Shown: positions 19,870 through 33,475, counted from the whole stretch's first letter. The stretch: 62,773 nt of DNA, filler included, from Globobulimina sp. (GCA_003354225.1; 19 parts of 19 records of this genome joined end to end with filler, not necessarily neighbours in it), one strand, 5' to 3'. A program made the numbers and translations. Notes: generated by a model from the letters alone, not told the origin.

Positions 19870-22800
19870 TGCTTTCTGTCCATATTGGAGATAAATGTCG
19901 ATTTGAACCACTGGAATTATTTGAATCATTTGAATTCACTGGGAACCAAGGTTTCCCCAATCTACATTCGACATCCCCCTGACCAACACCAACTTCCATT
20001 CCCCGAAGACAGACAGTGCTGTTACTGAAGTCGATATGAGCTTGGTGATATTGTAACCAATCCAGTCCCAAAGTTACAAAAGGCAGTTGTAGATCGTCTT
20101 TGATAATATGGAAGCTTTGTTCGAATTTTACTCCATTCATCATAAATTGCATTCTTGATGATCCAATAATTCGGAACTTTCCACCAAATCCGACAAAATG
20201 GTCATGTTTGCATTTCTTTAAATCCTTCAGTCTGGCTCCGGTCCGTAAATAAACTGATTCCTGAGCCATGCACAATGCTGCACCACAGTCAATAAGAGCT
20301 GCAATTTGACACATTTGTTCTTCCTCCAGGTCACTCAACATTATGATTGGTGTTTCCATTGGTCCCAAAATTAACATTCTTGCATTCATACCATCCTGCC
20401 TAATTGATGTGGCGTCTACTGGTTGTTGACATAAAGTATGGTTTCCCAGTAAATCCTCCGTCTTGGTTGTATAACAATCAGCTTCACAGACATACAAAAC
20501 TGGAGTTTGGAATGGACTAACATCTTTGGACAATGGTGTCTTCATAACTTCCTTTATGTTTGTCTCCTCTACCGATAGTTGCTGCATACTTCTACATATG
20601 GGGGTAGTGTCGTCTGACATATCATCAATGTAGCTTTTCACTGGTTCAATATGTTCAATTGTGAAACCCTTGTCAAATAATGAGCTACGAGGTGTGTCAT
20701 CCTCCCAATTTTCGTTCCAATCATCGTTAATCCATGTCAAATATTTTTGACGCCATTTTGGATAAGGGAAGCCACGGCGACGACTATATTCAACCATACA
20801 TTTATCGTATTCTTCCGATCTCATGTATCGATCCTCGAGTTCTGCATCAGGATCTGTTTCACACATTTGTAAAAATTCTTCGTACGTTACTGATCTGCCA
20901 GTTTGACTGTATCGTTGGATTAACTGATTTAACTGAGAGGGCACATAACAACCCTGATTACCATTCCGAAGGCCACGACACGACACTGGTGACATGGGAG
21001 CCTCGTCTTCTTCTGGCTCTCCTGTATCTGACAAATCAGTGTTCTGATGTTCACAATGGCTTGACCAATGATCTCCACGCTTGCCACAATGTCCACATGC
21101 GTACTGTTCATCTGGTTTCCGAAGGTGCGGTAAATACCCATTTTCTGATAAATTCTCAGTGGCCACTGGTATAGCATTGGCACCTGTTGCTGGTGATTTC
21201 CCTGTGGCAGACACACATCCTGATGGTCGCTTGGGTGTTTCTTGTTGTTGATATGCACCGGGTGTCGCTTGAAGTTCAAAAACAAAATCAGGTTTATTGT
21301 CGGATGGTGAAATACAATTTTTATTATTAACACACGGCACATAATTATTGTTATACACATAATCCACATCACAATGTACATCACCTACTTCAGCGGCTAT
21401 GGTTCCAATATCGTCGATTTGTGGTTCCTCCACTGATTGTATTTTTGTCGAAGTAATTTGACCGGCGAATGTATGAAATCGAGTTTGTGCCGTTCGGGTC
21501 GGTTCGATGGCACGCAAAAATAATGCACGTTGACGAATCTGACGGGCCAATTGTTCCCACGTCGGTTGGTCGATAGTACTAAGGATCTTTTTAACGAATT
21601 CTCGATCGGCGTCATTAAGTTTGCCCAAAAACGTGGCCAATATACGAGCATCTTGCAGCAAAACACGATTGGTCAATGCTTTCGCGCCGTAAACTTGGAC
21701 ATACACAATTTCGAATTCAATTAAAAAATCACACAAAATTTTACTACCCTGTACCAATTCGTTGAGTCGTACGGTACAGGCTGCGGTAACAACGTCCTTG
21801 TTTGCATAAAGGTCGGCCAAATGATCGAAAATAATTTGTGACGTAAGCGCATTTCCATATAATCTTCGCAAATGATGGTAAATTTCGTGCGCCCTTCCTT
21901 CCAAAAACGACGATATGTTTGCCAAAAATAAACCGACATTGCCTTGCGTAGCACAATGATCTTGGCAATTTACGGCCCAGTTTTCGAAATTTTCGGATTC
22001 CGTCCCGTAGAAAATACATTTTGACGGAATTTCGGACGCCCGGAAACGAAGGAAACCATAGGGATTGACATTAACGACCGATTGGCTTTGATTGGCGTTT
22101 ATTGACGATACGACGGCTGAATTTGGCGGTTGAATACGGTTACGATTTTCGACGGCCGGTAAATTTGACGTAACTGAGGGTAAATTAATGACGAACGGGG
22201 GCACGACGGATTTTCCACACAAACCAGAATCAGTTGGAATTTTATCCGCTCCCTCTGACTGTGATTTGTATGTTATTTGCCCTTTTAACTTATTGTCGAT
22301 GTCACAGGGGTCGTATTGGGTAAATTGCGGTTGTATGATACCATAAGAATTTTCTACCGCTATGTTTTGCGTCACATTGTTATAATACCGATTATATTTT
22401 ACCTGTGGTCGATCATCCACACATTCCAATTGGCAATTCTGTTCACTTGGGGCCTTCTTTGACAGGTCCTGTAGCTGGGCTCCGTCTCCGGCCTTCACAA
22501 CTTGCACTGATTGGCCCGTAGGATTTGACTGACTCGGTGGATACTGTAAAAAATCAGGATTATTCATGACACACAAATTATGTTTGAAAATATTTGATTC
22601 TCTTTCTAATTCGACCCTTTTAGCTGCCAAAACCCTTGCTTGTGACTCCTGTTCAACCCTTTCACGTCTTTGTAGTTCCATCTGACAGCTGAGATGTTTA
22701 TCTTCAATTTTGGCTTTATCTATTTTGTTCCTCAGTTCCTGTAGTTGTCGAGCTGTCTCCTCCGGCTGCTGTTGGACTGTTTCCCTTTGAACCTTTAACC

Positions 22801-22954
22801 GCAACGGCGTGATACAAACCATTTGGTCTTGTTTTTCACTACCCTGCTGAAAAGAAATTTCCTCCGGCGGACGAGATGAAAAACCACGGGTCTGCAATGT
22901 ACTGGAACATGACGGGGTACCCGGACAATGATTAGACAAAGCTGCTCCAACCAT
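19870..22954 (-). mobile_element. Ty3/Gypsy-like LTR retrotransposon gag-protease polyprotein (3' truncated)
   Basis: Intronless ORF over 1000 aa with capsid-like FYGTESENFENW, zinc knuckle CGHCGKRGDHWSSHC, and retropepsin motifs ALIDCGA and LGLDWL. Confidence 0.85.
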
Positions 22955-23009
22955 TTCTCGTTAAAAACGATGAAAAATTGAACAATTGATGACGAAAACC
23001 TCCTCCAAG

Positions 23010-23019
23010 TCTGCTACCA
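23010..23019 (-). promoter_or_regulatory. Primer binding site, tRNA-iMet type
   Basis: Minus strand reads CA-cgt-TGGTAGCAGA, complementary to the TCTGCTACCA 3' end found in animal-type initiator tRNA-Met. It lies 55 nt upstream of gag; 23023-23079 would be the end of the 5' LTR. Confidence 0.7.
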
Positions 23020-23181
23020 ACGTGGCCACAATCAAGATGATGCACTACGCCAGCAATACAAGTATCACTAACGCAAAGTNNNNNNNNNNNNNNNNNNNNN
23101 NNNNNNNNNNNNNNNNNNNNNNNTTAATTAATTAANNNNNNNNNNNNNNNNNNNNNNNNNNNNNNNNNNNNNNNNNNNNAA

Positions 23182-25470
23182 TTCCCCAGTAATTCACCAA
23201 CCAAATTACCAACAGATGCAGTCACAAGTCAACCAACCAATATTCTAACAACAATTATGACAGATATCCCAAGCACAATTCCAACCGCCTATGCATGCAG
23301 CAATAATGTTACATTTACGTTGCGCACAGGAAGCAGTATATGGTGGCTTGCATTTGTTAAGTGTTTACGTATTGTATATACTCTGTTTTTGTGCAAATAA
23401 TTGCATATTTAGTTTGTTGATGATTTGTGTTGCGGCACGGTTTCAAAAGTAGCAGTTAAAGATCACAGTAATTATCCATCATATATAGGTGGCGTGTTAT
23501 CGTTTGGTTATTTTGCATTTGATCCTGTAACGGGACAGTTCAGCCCTCCGCTTTCAGTGCGCGTTACAAATGGCAACAATCAAGTTATTGAATTCATGGA
23601 TGTACTCCAAAGTGCTGATGCACCGAATACATACTATGGAGATACTAATTTCTGTGTTAAGTTATAATTACATTAATATCATAGAAAAAAACACATATAA
23701 TTTAATATGTACATATGCTACAATTGAAAGGGTCCAACCCCTTCACCAACAGATACAGTCACAAACCAACCAACGACAGATATTCCAACCACAATTCCGA
23801 CCGACGCCGTTACAATGATTCCGACACAAAATCCAGTTACAATGGTTCCAACAAAGAGGCCGATACAAAAACGAAGATGGTATATTTTTCGATGTTTATA
23901 CAATGATGAAAATTCCAATTATTATGCTTTTTATATGACATTATATAAATATGCTGAATTGATGAGAAATGCAACATTTTCGGCAATCGAGTCGATAACA
24001 TTTTATTCGGCAAATTACAATCAAACACAAATTAATCCCCTTTCTGCATGGAAAAAGGGTGGGATTTATAGTTTCAAAATTTGTATAATATTTTCAGATG
24101 TCACAATACCGGATGGCTCCGATGATTGTGCCAATTTAGAATATAATTCAGATGACTCTGACGATGAAAGCAAAGCGGAATTCACTGCAGTTGGTATATT
24201 TGGTATTATTGCTGATGAAGCTTTGAGTGAATACGAACAGTTTTTAATTGATGCTATGATATCAAATAAATTCAAAAAAGAATTTTCAAGACAAATGAAT
24301 TCGGCGCTGAATAGTGCAACAAATGAGAGACGAAGGAATTTATTGGCGAGTAAGTTTCAGACTATTTTGATTCAAGTAATAATACCGCAAAATAACACAA
24401 TTATTAATACCAACTCACCCGCGGATAAGCAGACTATTACAAACAATGTGAGCTCACGGACTGTAATCTTATTATCAATCATTGCAATTTTATTATTAAT
24501 TGTTATTGGAATTGTTTTGTTTATTTACAAAAAGTTTTATAAAATTGATAATGAAAAAGAAGAAGAAGAAATAGAAGAGCTCGAAGAAGAGGAAATAAAT
24601 GAAAAAGTTGAAATGTTAGAAGTAGAACATAATGATTCTGAAATTGTGGAAGCAATGAACAAACCAGCAATGATGGAAGAAAATGTTAATGTCGACGATG
24701 AGATTAATTATAACGTTTTTGTCTGCTGCAATGGTGATAATATTGAAAAATGTCAAATTATTTGTCGATTATTGGGGATAATGATATCATATGAAACATG
24801 GAATGGAATATCAGATGGTGCGACCAAATGGAATTTAATAAAAAGTTTGTTTGAGGATTATGATTTAATGGATTTAATTGATGATTATAATCATTATCTG
24901 TCGGATCACGACAATACAGAAAGTTTGGATTATGTCAGAAAATATATATTGTCAAGAATCCATAATGAATGCAATAAAAAGCATGATATTCAAAATGGAA
25001 GAAAGCATTTAATGGACAGTCAACATTTTGATGTTTCGAGTGAGGATATTTTTAAATTGGAAATGGTGGATAAAATTCATTTGTATTTCTTTCATAAAAA
25101 CAATAGAAAAAAAGAGAAAAGAAAGGAAAAGATTGCTTTGCCACAAACGGGTACATTTGCAATGGTTTTAGGCGAAAATGAGTTGGATAATATACTGGAA
25201 TTGGAGCAGGATGAAAATAAAAATAATTTGTTGGAATTGGAGATAATTAAAGAGATTAATCGGACAGTAATAGGACATGAAGATGATAATTATGATATTG
25301 ATGAAATGGATGTTGCTCATATTGATATTTCAGATATTTTGGATGCTGTAAATAATACACAACTGCAAGATGTTGAAATTGCTGACAATGAAGATATTGT
25401 TTTACCGGCACATGAAACAAACACAATAAAATTAAATGTTGGTGAAATGCATCCACTCTTTTCAATGTAA
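23182..25470 (+). CDS. Type I membrane protein with Pro/Thr stalks and an expansin D2 (CBM63)-like domain; 5' truncated
   Basis: TFTLRTGSSIWWLAF|FVDD...GYFAF...PPLSVRVTNGNNQVI. Introns 23356-23412 and 23656-23730 keep the frame. PT repeats, TM helix VILLSIIAILLLIVIGIVLFIY and an acidic tail. Confidence 0.65.
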
Positions 25471-26724
25471 ACCAAATTGTAATTTAGTTTTTTTGTATGA
25501 TTAATTATTAGGCTTTTTGTTATGTTTAGTTAGTACATTTAGCGAATTATGATGAAGATGATGGTATAATTTTATCCAATGGAATGTATCGTTTACTCAC
25601 TTTAATTGATTAATTAATGCTGTGCAGGATGAGAGATTTAAACCACTTATTTTTGGTTTAATTTTCTTACAAAAATTTAACAAATATTGAGCATTTGTTG
25701 GTGATTTTCCTTTTTGATGTTTGTACCGTTGATATGCATCGATCCATTGCCATTTTGTTTTATATCGCTTTCCACCAAAAACACCATATTGTCTCCAATT
25801 TATTTTCTTCACACATTTATTATTATTATCAATCATTATCAATTTAATTTATATATAATCCATTTAAAGCAAAAGTTAATAAAAATAAAAAGAAGAAAAA
25901 ATGGGATCCATCAAAAGCAAGATTAACAATGAAAACAATGGCAAAGGGAAATAAAAATATCGAAAGTAAGGATAGATTCTATCTGGAGATATATTTTAGT
26001 AAATCGTTAAAAAATTTGACGATTTATATATGGCTATTTTTATCATTGCATGTGTAGGATTTATACAAAGTGAATATTGTTAAGAATGCTAAATCCAACC
26101 AATGGAAACCGACAAAATACTGTATTGGATCAAATTGTTGTGGCCAAATAATAAAGTGCAAATTAATATGCTTAGAAAATAAAATATATTGGATGTTGTG
26201 TTCCAAAATTCTGCAATATAATAAGTAACAGTAAGACTTGTTTCGGAGGGATCTATTTTCAGATAGTTCAAGATTGGTGAACCATCGTCCAAGCAGTGCG
26301 AGGATATTCAATTAACTAAAAATTGTTAGACAATTCAACTGAAGCATTGTACATATCACACATATCACTCATATCATAAATATACAATANNNNNNNNNNN
26401 NNNNNNNNNNNNNNNNNNNNNNNNNNNNNNNNNTTAATTAATTAANNNNNNNNNNNNNNNNNNNNNNNNNNNNNNNNNNNNNNNNNNNNATGAGCTGATA
26501 ATTTTATCTCTAATGCCGCGATTATGAGTTGAGACATGACATTTTGAACAAAATGTCATGTCAATGTAGCTGCATATATACACAAACTCAATTGCCCATC
26601 CAACACAGTAACACTTTGTGTCAAACTTGAGAAAAACCCTACACAAATATCAAAAAAACATCTTTTTTGTCGCAACAGTCAGAAACAAACAGATAATAAA
26701 TTAAATTGTTTCTAATATTTAGAT

Positions 26725-27864
26725 TTGCAAAGGAAATCAATATGGAACCGACCATTTGCAAAACAAGATATCCGTATAACAAACAGAATCATAAATGATA
26801 TGTTCAGATCGAGGAGAATTACCACCAAAGTAAACTATGTTTCTGTTTTAAAAGATTGGTGGGGATATTGCATAGAAAATGGAGCAAATCCATTCACCCC
26901 AAATATAAATCCGACCATTGCAATATATTGACAATATGATAGAACCCTACGTTTAGGTTCATGCAATTCACATTCAACATGGTCATCAGCTTTATCATGG
27001 TGTGTAAAAGCAAATGGACGGACGCCAAAATATTTCACAGATTTCTTCTATCATAATATGGTCAAAAACCGAAAAAAAGCGAGAAAACACCGAAAACAGA
27101 TTAAAATCCAATGGTTAGTAAGTTATCTCAACAATAAAAATATATTACAGAATACATGGAAATATTGCACATTGGATGAATTAACTTCTGCTGATCTCTT
27201 AATGATGGCCTTCTTTTCAATAAGTCGCCCAGCCGAGATCTTGTACACTGACAGTACAGAAAATCCGGCATGGGAAGTTATTACAACTGGACTAAGATGG
27301 GGCGATATTTCATTGCATAATTTAGATAAACCGTATAATCGGAGATATAAAAAAATATTAATAAATTGGTACAAAAACCAAGAATTTCGTGGCGAACAGA
27401 AGGAAATTTATATGGCACCACCAATATGTAATAATACTAAATGTCATTGCAGAATTTTGGATTACTTTAAATTATATTTGGTTATTTTACAAAAACGAAA
27501 ATTATTAATTCAACAATTAAAAGCCAAAGATTCGAAACAGCAAAAAACAGCGTTATATAAAAAACGTTTATTGAATTTAGATACGAATAGGAATAATTAC
27601 ATATTTGTAGGCTCCAATGTATCAATCTGGAAACCATCCAAACTCTCAACATTGGTGAAAGATTAAATATTATCATTGAAAATCCCAAATCCTAAATGTT
27701 ATCCAGCATACAGTTTCCGTATTGGTTCAACCTCTTTATGTCATTTACAAGAGATTGATTTATTGAAATTAATCAGATTTGTAGTATGGTCAATCAATAA
27801 TTTACCTCATGTATCTAATCGATACATTAATTTCACCATTCAACAACATTTTATGTTTGGTTGA
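26725..27864 (+). pseudogene. Decayed tyrosine recombinase of a DIRS-like retroelement
   Basis: One reading frame broken by TGA 26929-26931 and TAA 27664-27666. Motifs FFSISRPAEIL, LRWGDI, YSFRIGST and WS...SNRYI. The N-terminal WWGYC...NPF helix bundle resembles the YR start at 58812. Confidence 0.8.
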
Positions 27865-28879
27865 AATAAATCTTGTCTGGATACAACAGAGTACAATATC
27901 AAAATATGGCACTCAGGGGCATACAGGGAGTAGATCTATAGAAACGCTTTGTATATATACAAAAACACAGAGTTTCTAAATTGATCAAACCGGAGAATAA
28001 AGAACCGATAACTTCGTTCTTCGGATATTTACCCGTATGAGTCAAATCATTGAGTTTGCGAAATGAGTGGACTTTTATAAATTGAGTTCAATTCTCTATC
28101 ATGTTTGATATTGCGTTCTGTAATCATCATGGTATTGAATAATACTCTCAACAGTGGCCCAAATACGCAATGTGTAATATCTATATCTCTAATCTAAGCG
28201 ATTATGAGTTAAAAGACAATTTAATAATAGCCATAAGCAGTATCATTGACCATCAACTATTATTGGATATGACGGGTCTTCCAATGCCCAAATGCATTTT
28301 ACTAATTGTGATGGTGGCAGCTATAATGGGGTGATGAGCGCTTTCAATGACCAAATGCGTGCACATCATCCCATGGTTGTGTTTACCTGGCACTAGGAAG
28401 GTTTTTTCTACAGTTTCGGAACTCATAGCATAATCTCTCAAAATTACAATATAACAAATGATAAATTTGCATGCAAATACTGTCATCATTATGCTTATAA
28501 TGGCGGCGAAGCCGCCTCATCGTATGGTATTATTTTGGTATTTATTATGGTATTTATGGTGGCGAAGCCGCCTCATCACTCGATATGGTATCTATTAACG
28601 GCATGGATCGCAATCCATACAAATAAGTGATGATAGCTCAATGAGACCATCTTATAAATAAGATTTGGGTCCAAATCCCAATCATCACATTTTTATATAT
28701 CTTTTCTTTTAGTTTTTTTAAAGTAAATTAAGGTTTTTGCCAATCGTGTGTGTGTTTTTTCGTCTCTATTTTATTTTGTGTGCATGCAATAAAACGAGAA
28801 ACGTTTCTATTTTATTTTGTGTGCAAGCAATAAAGTGAGTTTTACAGTAGTAAAATAAAACTCTTTTATAGGCGATTTT

Positions 28880-29170
28880 TGCACTAAAATAACAAACAAA
28901 ATAACAAACAAAATAACTCATAAAATACAACATAAAATACGCCATAAATAACTCATAAAATCCACATAAAATAACCATAAAATCCAGATACAATAACCCA
29001 TAAAATACCCATAAAATAACAAAAAAAATACCCATAAAAAAACCATAAATAACCATATTAAATTCGCCCTAAAATACGCCATAAAATACGCAGTAAAATA
29101 CCATAAATAGCCATATAAAATACTGCATAAAATAACAAACAAAATACCCAATAAAATCCAGCTAAAATTC
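28880..29170 (+). repeat. Degenerate ~12-bp tandem repeat (CCATAAAATAMC-like)
   Basis: More than 20 visible ATAAAATA-type units. It generates the spurious hydrophobic ORFs on the minus strand. Confidence 0.8.
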
Positions 29171-29590
29171 ACAATAATATCAATATCCACACAGCAATAT
29201 CCTTTCTTCCGATGCGTTGCTAGAGCCGCAGTACGCCGTGACACCAAATCACTGATCTCGGCGCCGTCATTCCTGTCATTATTTCAGTGGTTGTTCCTGT
29301 TGCTGTTTCTATTCCTATTCAAATATATTATGTGTCATGGTGTAAATTTTAAAGGTGGATATAATACGATATAAAATTAAAATGAATAATGAAGCACTGA
29401 ATAATATGTTTACATTTAATGAGGATGTAGGTTGATATAAAATATAATTGCAGGATAACACCGATATTTATCCATTATTTTAAATAGTGATTGTGGCTGT
29501 GGATTGCCACTCAATTGTTCTCAATTCCTTTATCAATCCTTTGCTCAATTCCTTTTCTTAATCAACTCATTTATTTGAAATATTTGTTGG

Positions 29591-29660
29591 GGCTGCCTCA
29601 GGCTTTGAACCTGAATCTTCTGGATATATCTATCCAGTGCTCTACTTGAGCTAGGCAGGA
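29591..29660 (-). pseudogene. tRNA-like cloverleaf (pseudo-tRNA or tRNA-derived SINE head)
   Basis: Minus strand: CTGCC-TA-GCTC-AAGTA-GAGC-A-CTGGA-TAGATATA-TCCAG-AAGAT-TCAGG-TTCAAAG-CCTGA-GGCAG. All four stems pair and A/B-box-like motifs are present, but the anticodon loop is non-canonical. Confidence 0.65.
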
Positions 29661-29798
29661 GTTTGAGGACTGTGCATTGGATTGAGATTGCATTTGCANN
29701 NNNNNNNNNNNNNNNNNNNNNNNNNNNNNNNNNNNNNNNNNNTTAATTAATTAANNNNNNNNNNNNNNNNNNNNNNNNNNNNNNNNNNNNNNNNNNNN

Positions 29799-30863
29799 AT
29801 GCCCATCCCCATACCCATCCGATGCATAATCTCGTGTAGTTTCCCCATACATTGTCTCCCATTGCCCTGTCATGGTAGTACTCCTTTCTTCGCTGTCATC
29901 GGTGGCCGTAGTGGACATACCAAAAGCCATCGTTTTCTGTACAAATTCTTTGTTTTCCTCATTCCAATACTCCGCAGTTGATATTTCCTCCGAATCAGAC
30001 GCATCATCCGTTGTTTCCATATCATAATACAATGCGGTTTTAACCTGATTTTCATCGAACGCCCATTTGTTCTCAGCGCTTTCATACGCAGAAGGATCAG
30101 AAAAATCATCGCTGGAATCCACAATATCGGCGTACATATCATCATCAATACCAAGTGTTTCTGGCATATTATTTGCTGTTTCTCCATCGACAACCTCGGG
30201 AACCGCTGGTATATATAACTGTAATTTATGCGGAGTTGAAGCGGAGTCGTCCTCGTTACAGGTACATGGCTCAAATCCGTCTTCGCAAATTTGGTGACCG
30301 TCACCGACATAGCCAGTCACGACAATGTCGTCACATCCATTCACATATGAATTTATAATGCTGTCCCCATCACAAGAAGTGTCCATATATCCAGTACAAA
30401 CTTGATAATTAGTTTTGATTTTAAAGGTAGTTAAGGCGGTGAATGAAGTCAATAAGGGATTGCAAGTTATTTCGTCGCCTTGGTAAAGGTTATTAAATTT
30501 ACATAAATGCTCACTGTTTGAAGTAAAAATCTTTATAAATTGTGCTGGTGCTTCGCCTAAATATAGCACTGATAATGAGGTTATGGTGTCGCAATCGCAA
30601 TTTTCTTGAATGGATTGGGTCTCACAGAAACAAGCATCGCCTTCCATAAACGCGCAACATTCATTTTCTATATGGATTTTAGTGTATATATTGTTTTGGG
30701 GTTTGTATAGTTTGTGTTATAGTGTTTTGTATAGATATTTACCTTTGTCTGCCACCAAACTTTTGATTCGTTTATCCTGTGAGGATTGTTTTGATTCGTC
30801 AGAATTACTGTTACATGAGACAATTAATGTGATAATTGTCAATAGTGAGGCCACTAATTTCAT
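29799..30863 (-). CDS. Secreted Cys-rich protein with acidic C-terminal region (3' truncated)
   Basis: Signal-peptide-like MKLVASLLTIITLIVSC at 30863, a probable intron at about 30670-30742, then the Cys-rich 298-aa ORF. Confidence 0.5.
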
Positions 30864-31004
30864 GCTCACATGTACTTGATTGAGCGAGGAGTTTTTTATG
30901 TTTTTGAGAAAGTTGAGGTAAAGCTCCGACTAAATATATATCCGACAAAAAAAAATCCAATTCTGATTAGGTTTATACACAAAAAAAATATAACAAATGT
31001 TAGG

Positions 31005-32016
31005 TTATATACAAACAAAACCAACCATAAACGCAATTAAAATGACACATATAGCTGAATAACTTGATGCCGCTCCAACAATATCCGTTGGAGTAGGTGT
31101 GGGTTCATATGTGGCTGTATCCTCCATGCCACCTTCCGTACTATATGTGCTCTCTGTGGGTGATGCAGTATACGGACAATGCGTAATTTCAACATACGAA
31201 GCATGCGCATACACACAACCTCCATTCCGAATTGTCGTTGTATTATAATTATATACATTTGCAGATGCAGCAGAACATATTTGCTGCGTAGTTTCAAACG
31301 GAATTAAATAATCATTGATCGTAATCGAATTTAATCCATCACATGAAATCACACTCGATATCCATCCATACCCTTTTTTAACATAACATTCATCCACAAT
31401 CATACTTATTGTTTCATAAAACACCTCATCTCTGTCACAGACAACCGGATTAAAATCAACATCCCCTGGCTGAGGACCATCAGTCATGCCGGATATTCTT
31501 ATCGTAGTATATTCACAATTCATTGACGATTCACAATGATAATCATACACTGTAAAGTCACATAAAGCCGCATCATTTTCACATTGTGATTCGAGCTGTG
31601 CGTCCACAGTAAAACATGAATTCCCTCCACAGGTTTGCGTGTATGGACATATTGTAACTTGCAATCCAGATTTATCAGCTTTGCATTCAGCTTTATATGA
31701 ATATCTATCATTGTCGTCCATAGTGAATGGATATTGGCTCTTATAGTCTGGGTATTTGGTGTTACATACACCAATGGGCATTGGTGCCATGTCGTATATG
31801 GAAAATTGCACAAAATTACATGTTGGTGTATGAAAATCAGATACTTTTGGTGTTTGCGGTGAATCTGATTTTGTAATTGCTTCGGTTGCACAATATACAT
31901 TTAACAAATATTCTGCTTCTCCAACCACCGGCAATCCAACAATTTCATTATGCCAATTTCTTTTTGCTTCGATTGCTATGTTGGAAAATATCAAAAATGT
32001 CAACAAATGAACATTT
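31005..32016 (-). CDS. Cys-rich surface protein, probably GPI-anchored
   Basis: Hydrophobic N-terminus (the nearby ATG is one base out of frame), two Cys-rich segments, a PT linker and a C-terminal hydrophobic tail GAASSYSAICVILIAFMVGFVCI. Confidence 0.55.
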
Positions 32017-32029
32017 GATTTGGATCATA

Positions 32030-33007
32030 CCTAACCAATGATCACCGGAATCAAAATAGCCAGTAATGTTTAGACACTCAGCATTTTTCCCGTCACCATA
32101 TGCATCATCAATTGATGGCGTAGCTGATGATGAAATTACATCGTATGTAGCATCATTATTTTCTTTATATAAAAATATTTTTGATTCAAAATGTGCCATG
32201 GAACAAAAGGAAAATAGTACAAATTGCGGTTGACTGTTATAAAACCGATATGTGTTCCTTATAATATATGACAACGCAAACAACATAATACGGCTTTTGA
32301 TAATTTCAGATGAGAACATCCGACGAATACTAAACTTTCCAACAACATTAATTTGCATGATATTTGTTGGAAAGTTTTGTTTATTGCCGTTTTCGCCCTC
32401 ATTCAAGTATGAAATATCGCAAACAGTATTATTTGTTGCCATACCTTAATGATGTGGTACTTCTTAAATCTCCCATTAAATCCCTGCTCGAACACGTAAT
32501 TGCCTCATCACTCAGTTGTGTGGGTGCTGGTGTTATTGTTATTGTTGGTGCCTTTGTGTTCGTTGTCGTTGGTGCCTTTGTTGACGTTTCAAAGTTTGAA
32601 CATCCCATTTTTACATCATATTGACAATCATTATCGAAACATTCATCATAATTATACACACCTAAATAATACGTTGAGTATGCATTAATACCAAAAGCAT
32701 AAAATAAATAATTCCCGCTTCATTTCCATTACATACATATCGATTTGACGTACCATGGCTGCCCAACTCACTCGAACCATTAGCTACCTCATACACTGTC
32801 AATAACACATCAAAATTAGATAAACATCCGTCAAATGCAACATTTGCGCTGATCCCAACTGTATTAATACTATAAAATCCCTCGGAATTATTATATATCC
32901 CTACAACATTATCAGCGCACGATATTTCGTCAACATTGTATGGCAAAGTTGGTGAGGGTGTGGTTCGCATTTGGGTATCACATAAAAACTCAATTTCATA
33001 AGCAAAA
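32030..33007 (-). CDS. Fragmented extracellular protein with TxAPT linkers
   Basis: Consecutive minus-strand ORFs with Cys-containing modules and TKAPT repeats. Joins are unresolved (introns or frameshifts). Confidence 0.35.
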
Positions 33008-33475
33008 NNNNNNNNNNNNNNNNNNNNNNNNNNNNNNNNNNNNNNNNNNNNTTAATTAATTAANNNNNNNNNNNNNNNNNNNNNNNNNNNNNNNNNNNNN
33101 NNNNNNNATGGAATAAAATCAATTGATTGAAGACATTTTAATATCGAATTAAATTGTTTATTATCATCTTTGTTTGAGAACATAGTTGTTAATTTTTGCT
33201 TTTTTGAACATAGATCACCAATTGCTTCGTCGCAATTCATTTCATCAAATGTTCTTTTCTTGTTTTTATTTGAACCATTCATGTGATGATGATCAAGTTT
33301 TTTAGTGAAAGTATTTGGTGATTGGATATAAGGAATCGACCCGGGGGTTGAATGGAAGTTATGGAACGTATACAACTTATCGACCCAGGGGGTTATCTTT
33401 TGGAATATATCGTTAAGAGCAAGTAGTGAGTAGTCATGATTGCTAAGCTAAAAAATGGATAAATATGTTAATTAT

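Noticed and set aside
28766-29247. Hydrophobic minus-strand ORFs resembling membrane proteins
   Set aside because: Translation artefacts of the ATAAAATA tandem repeat.
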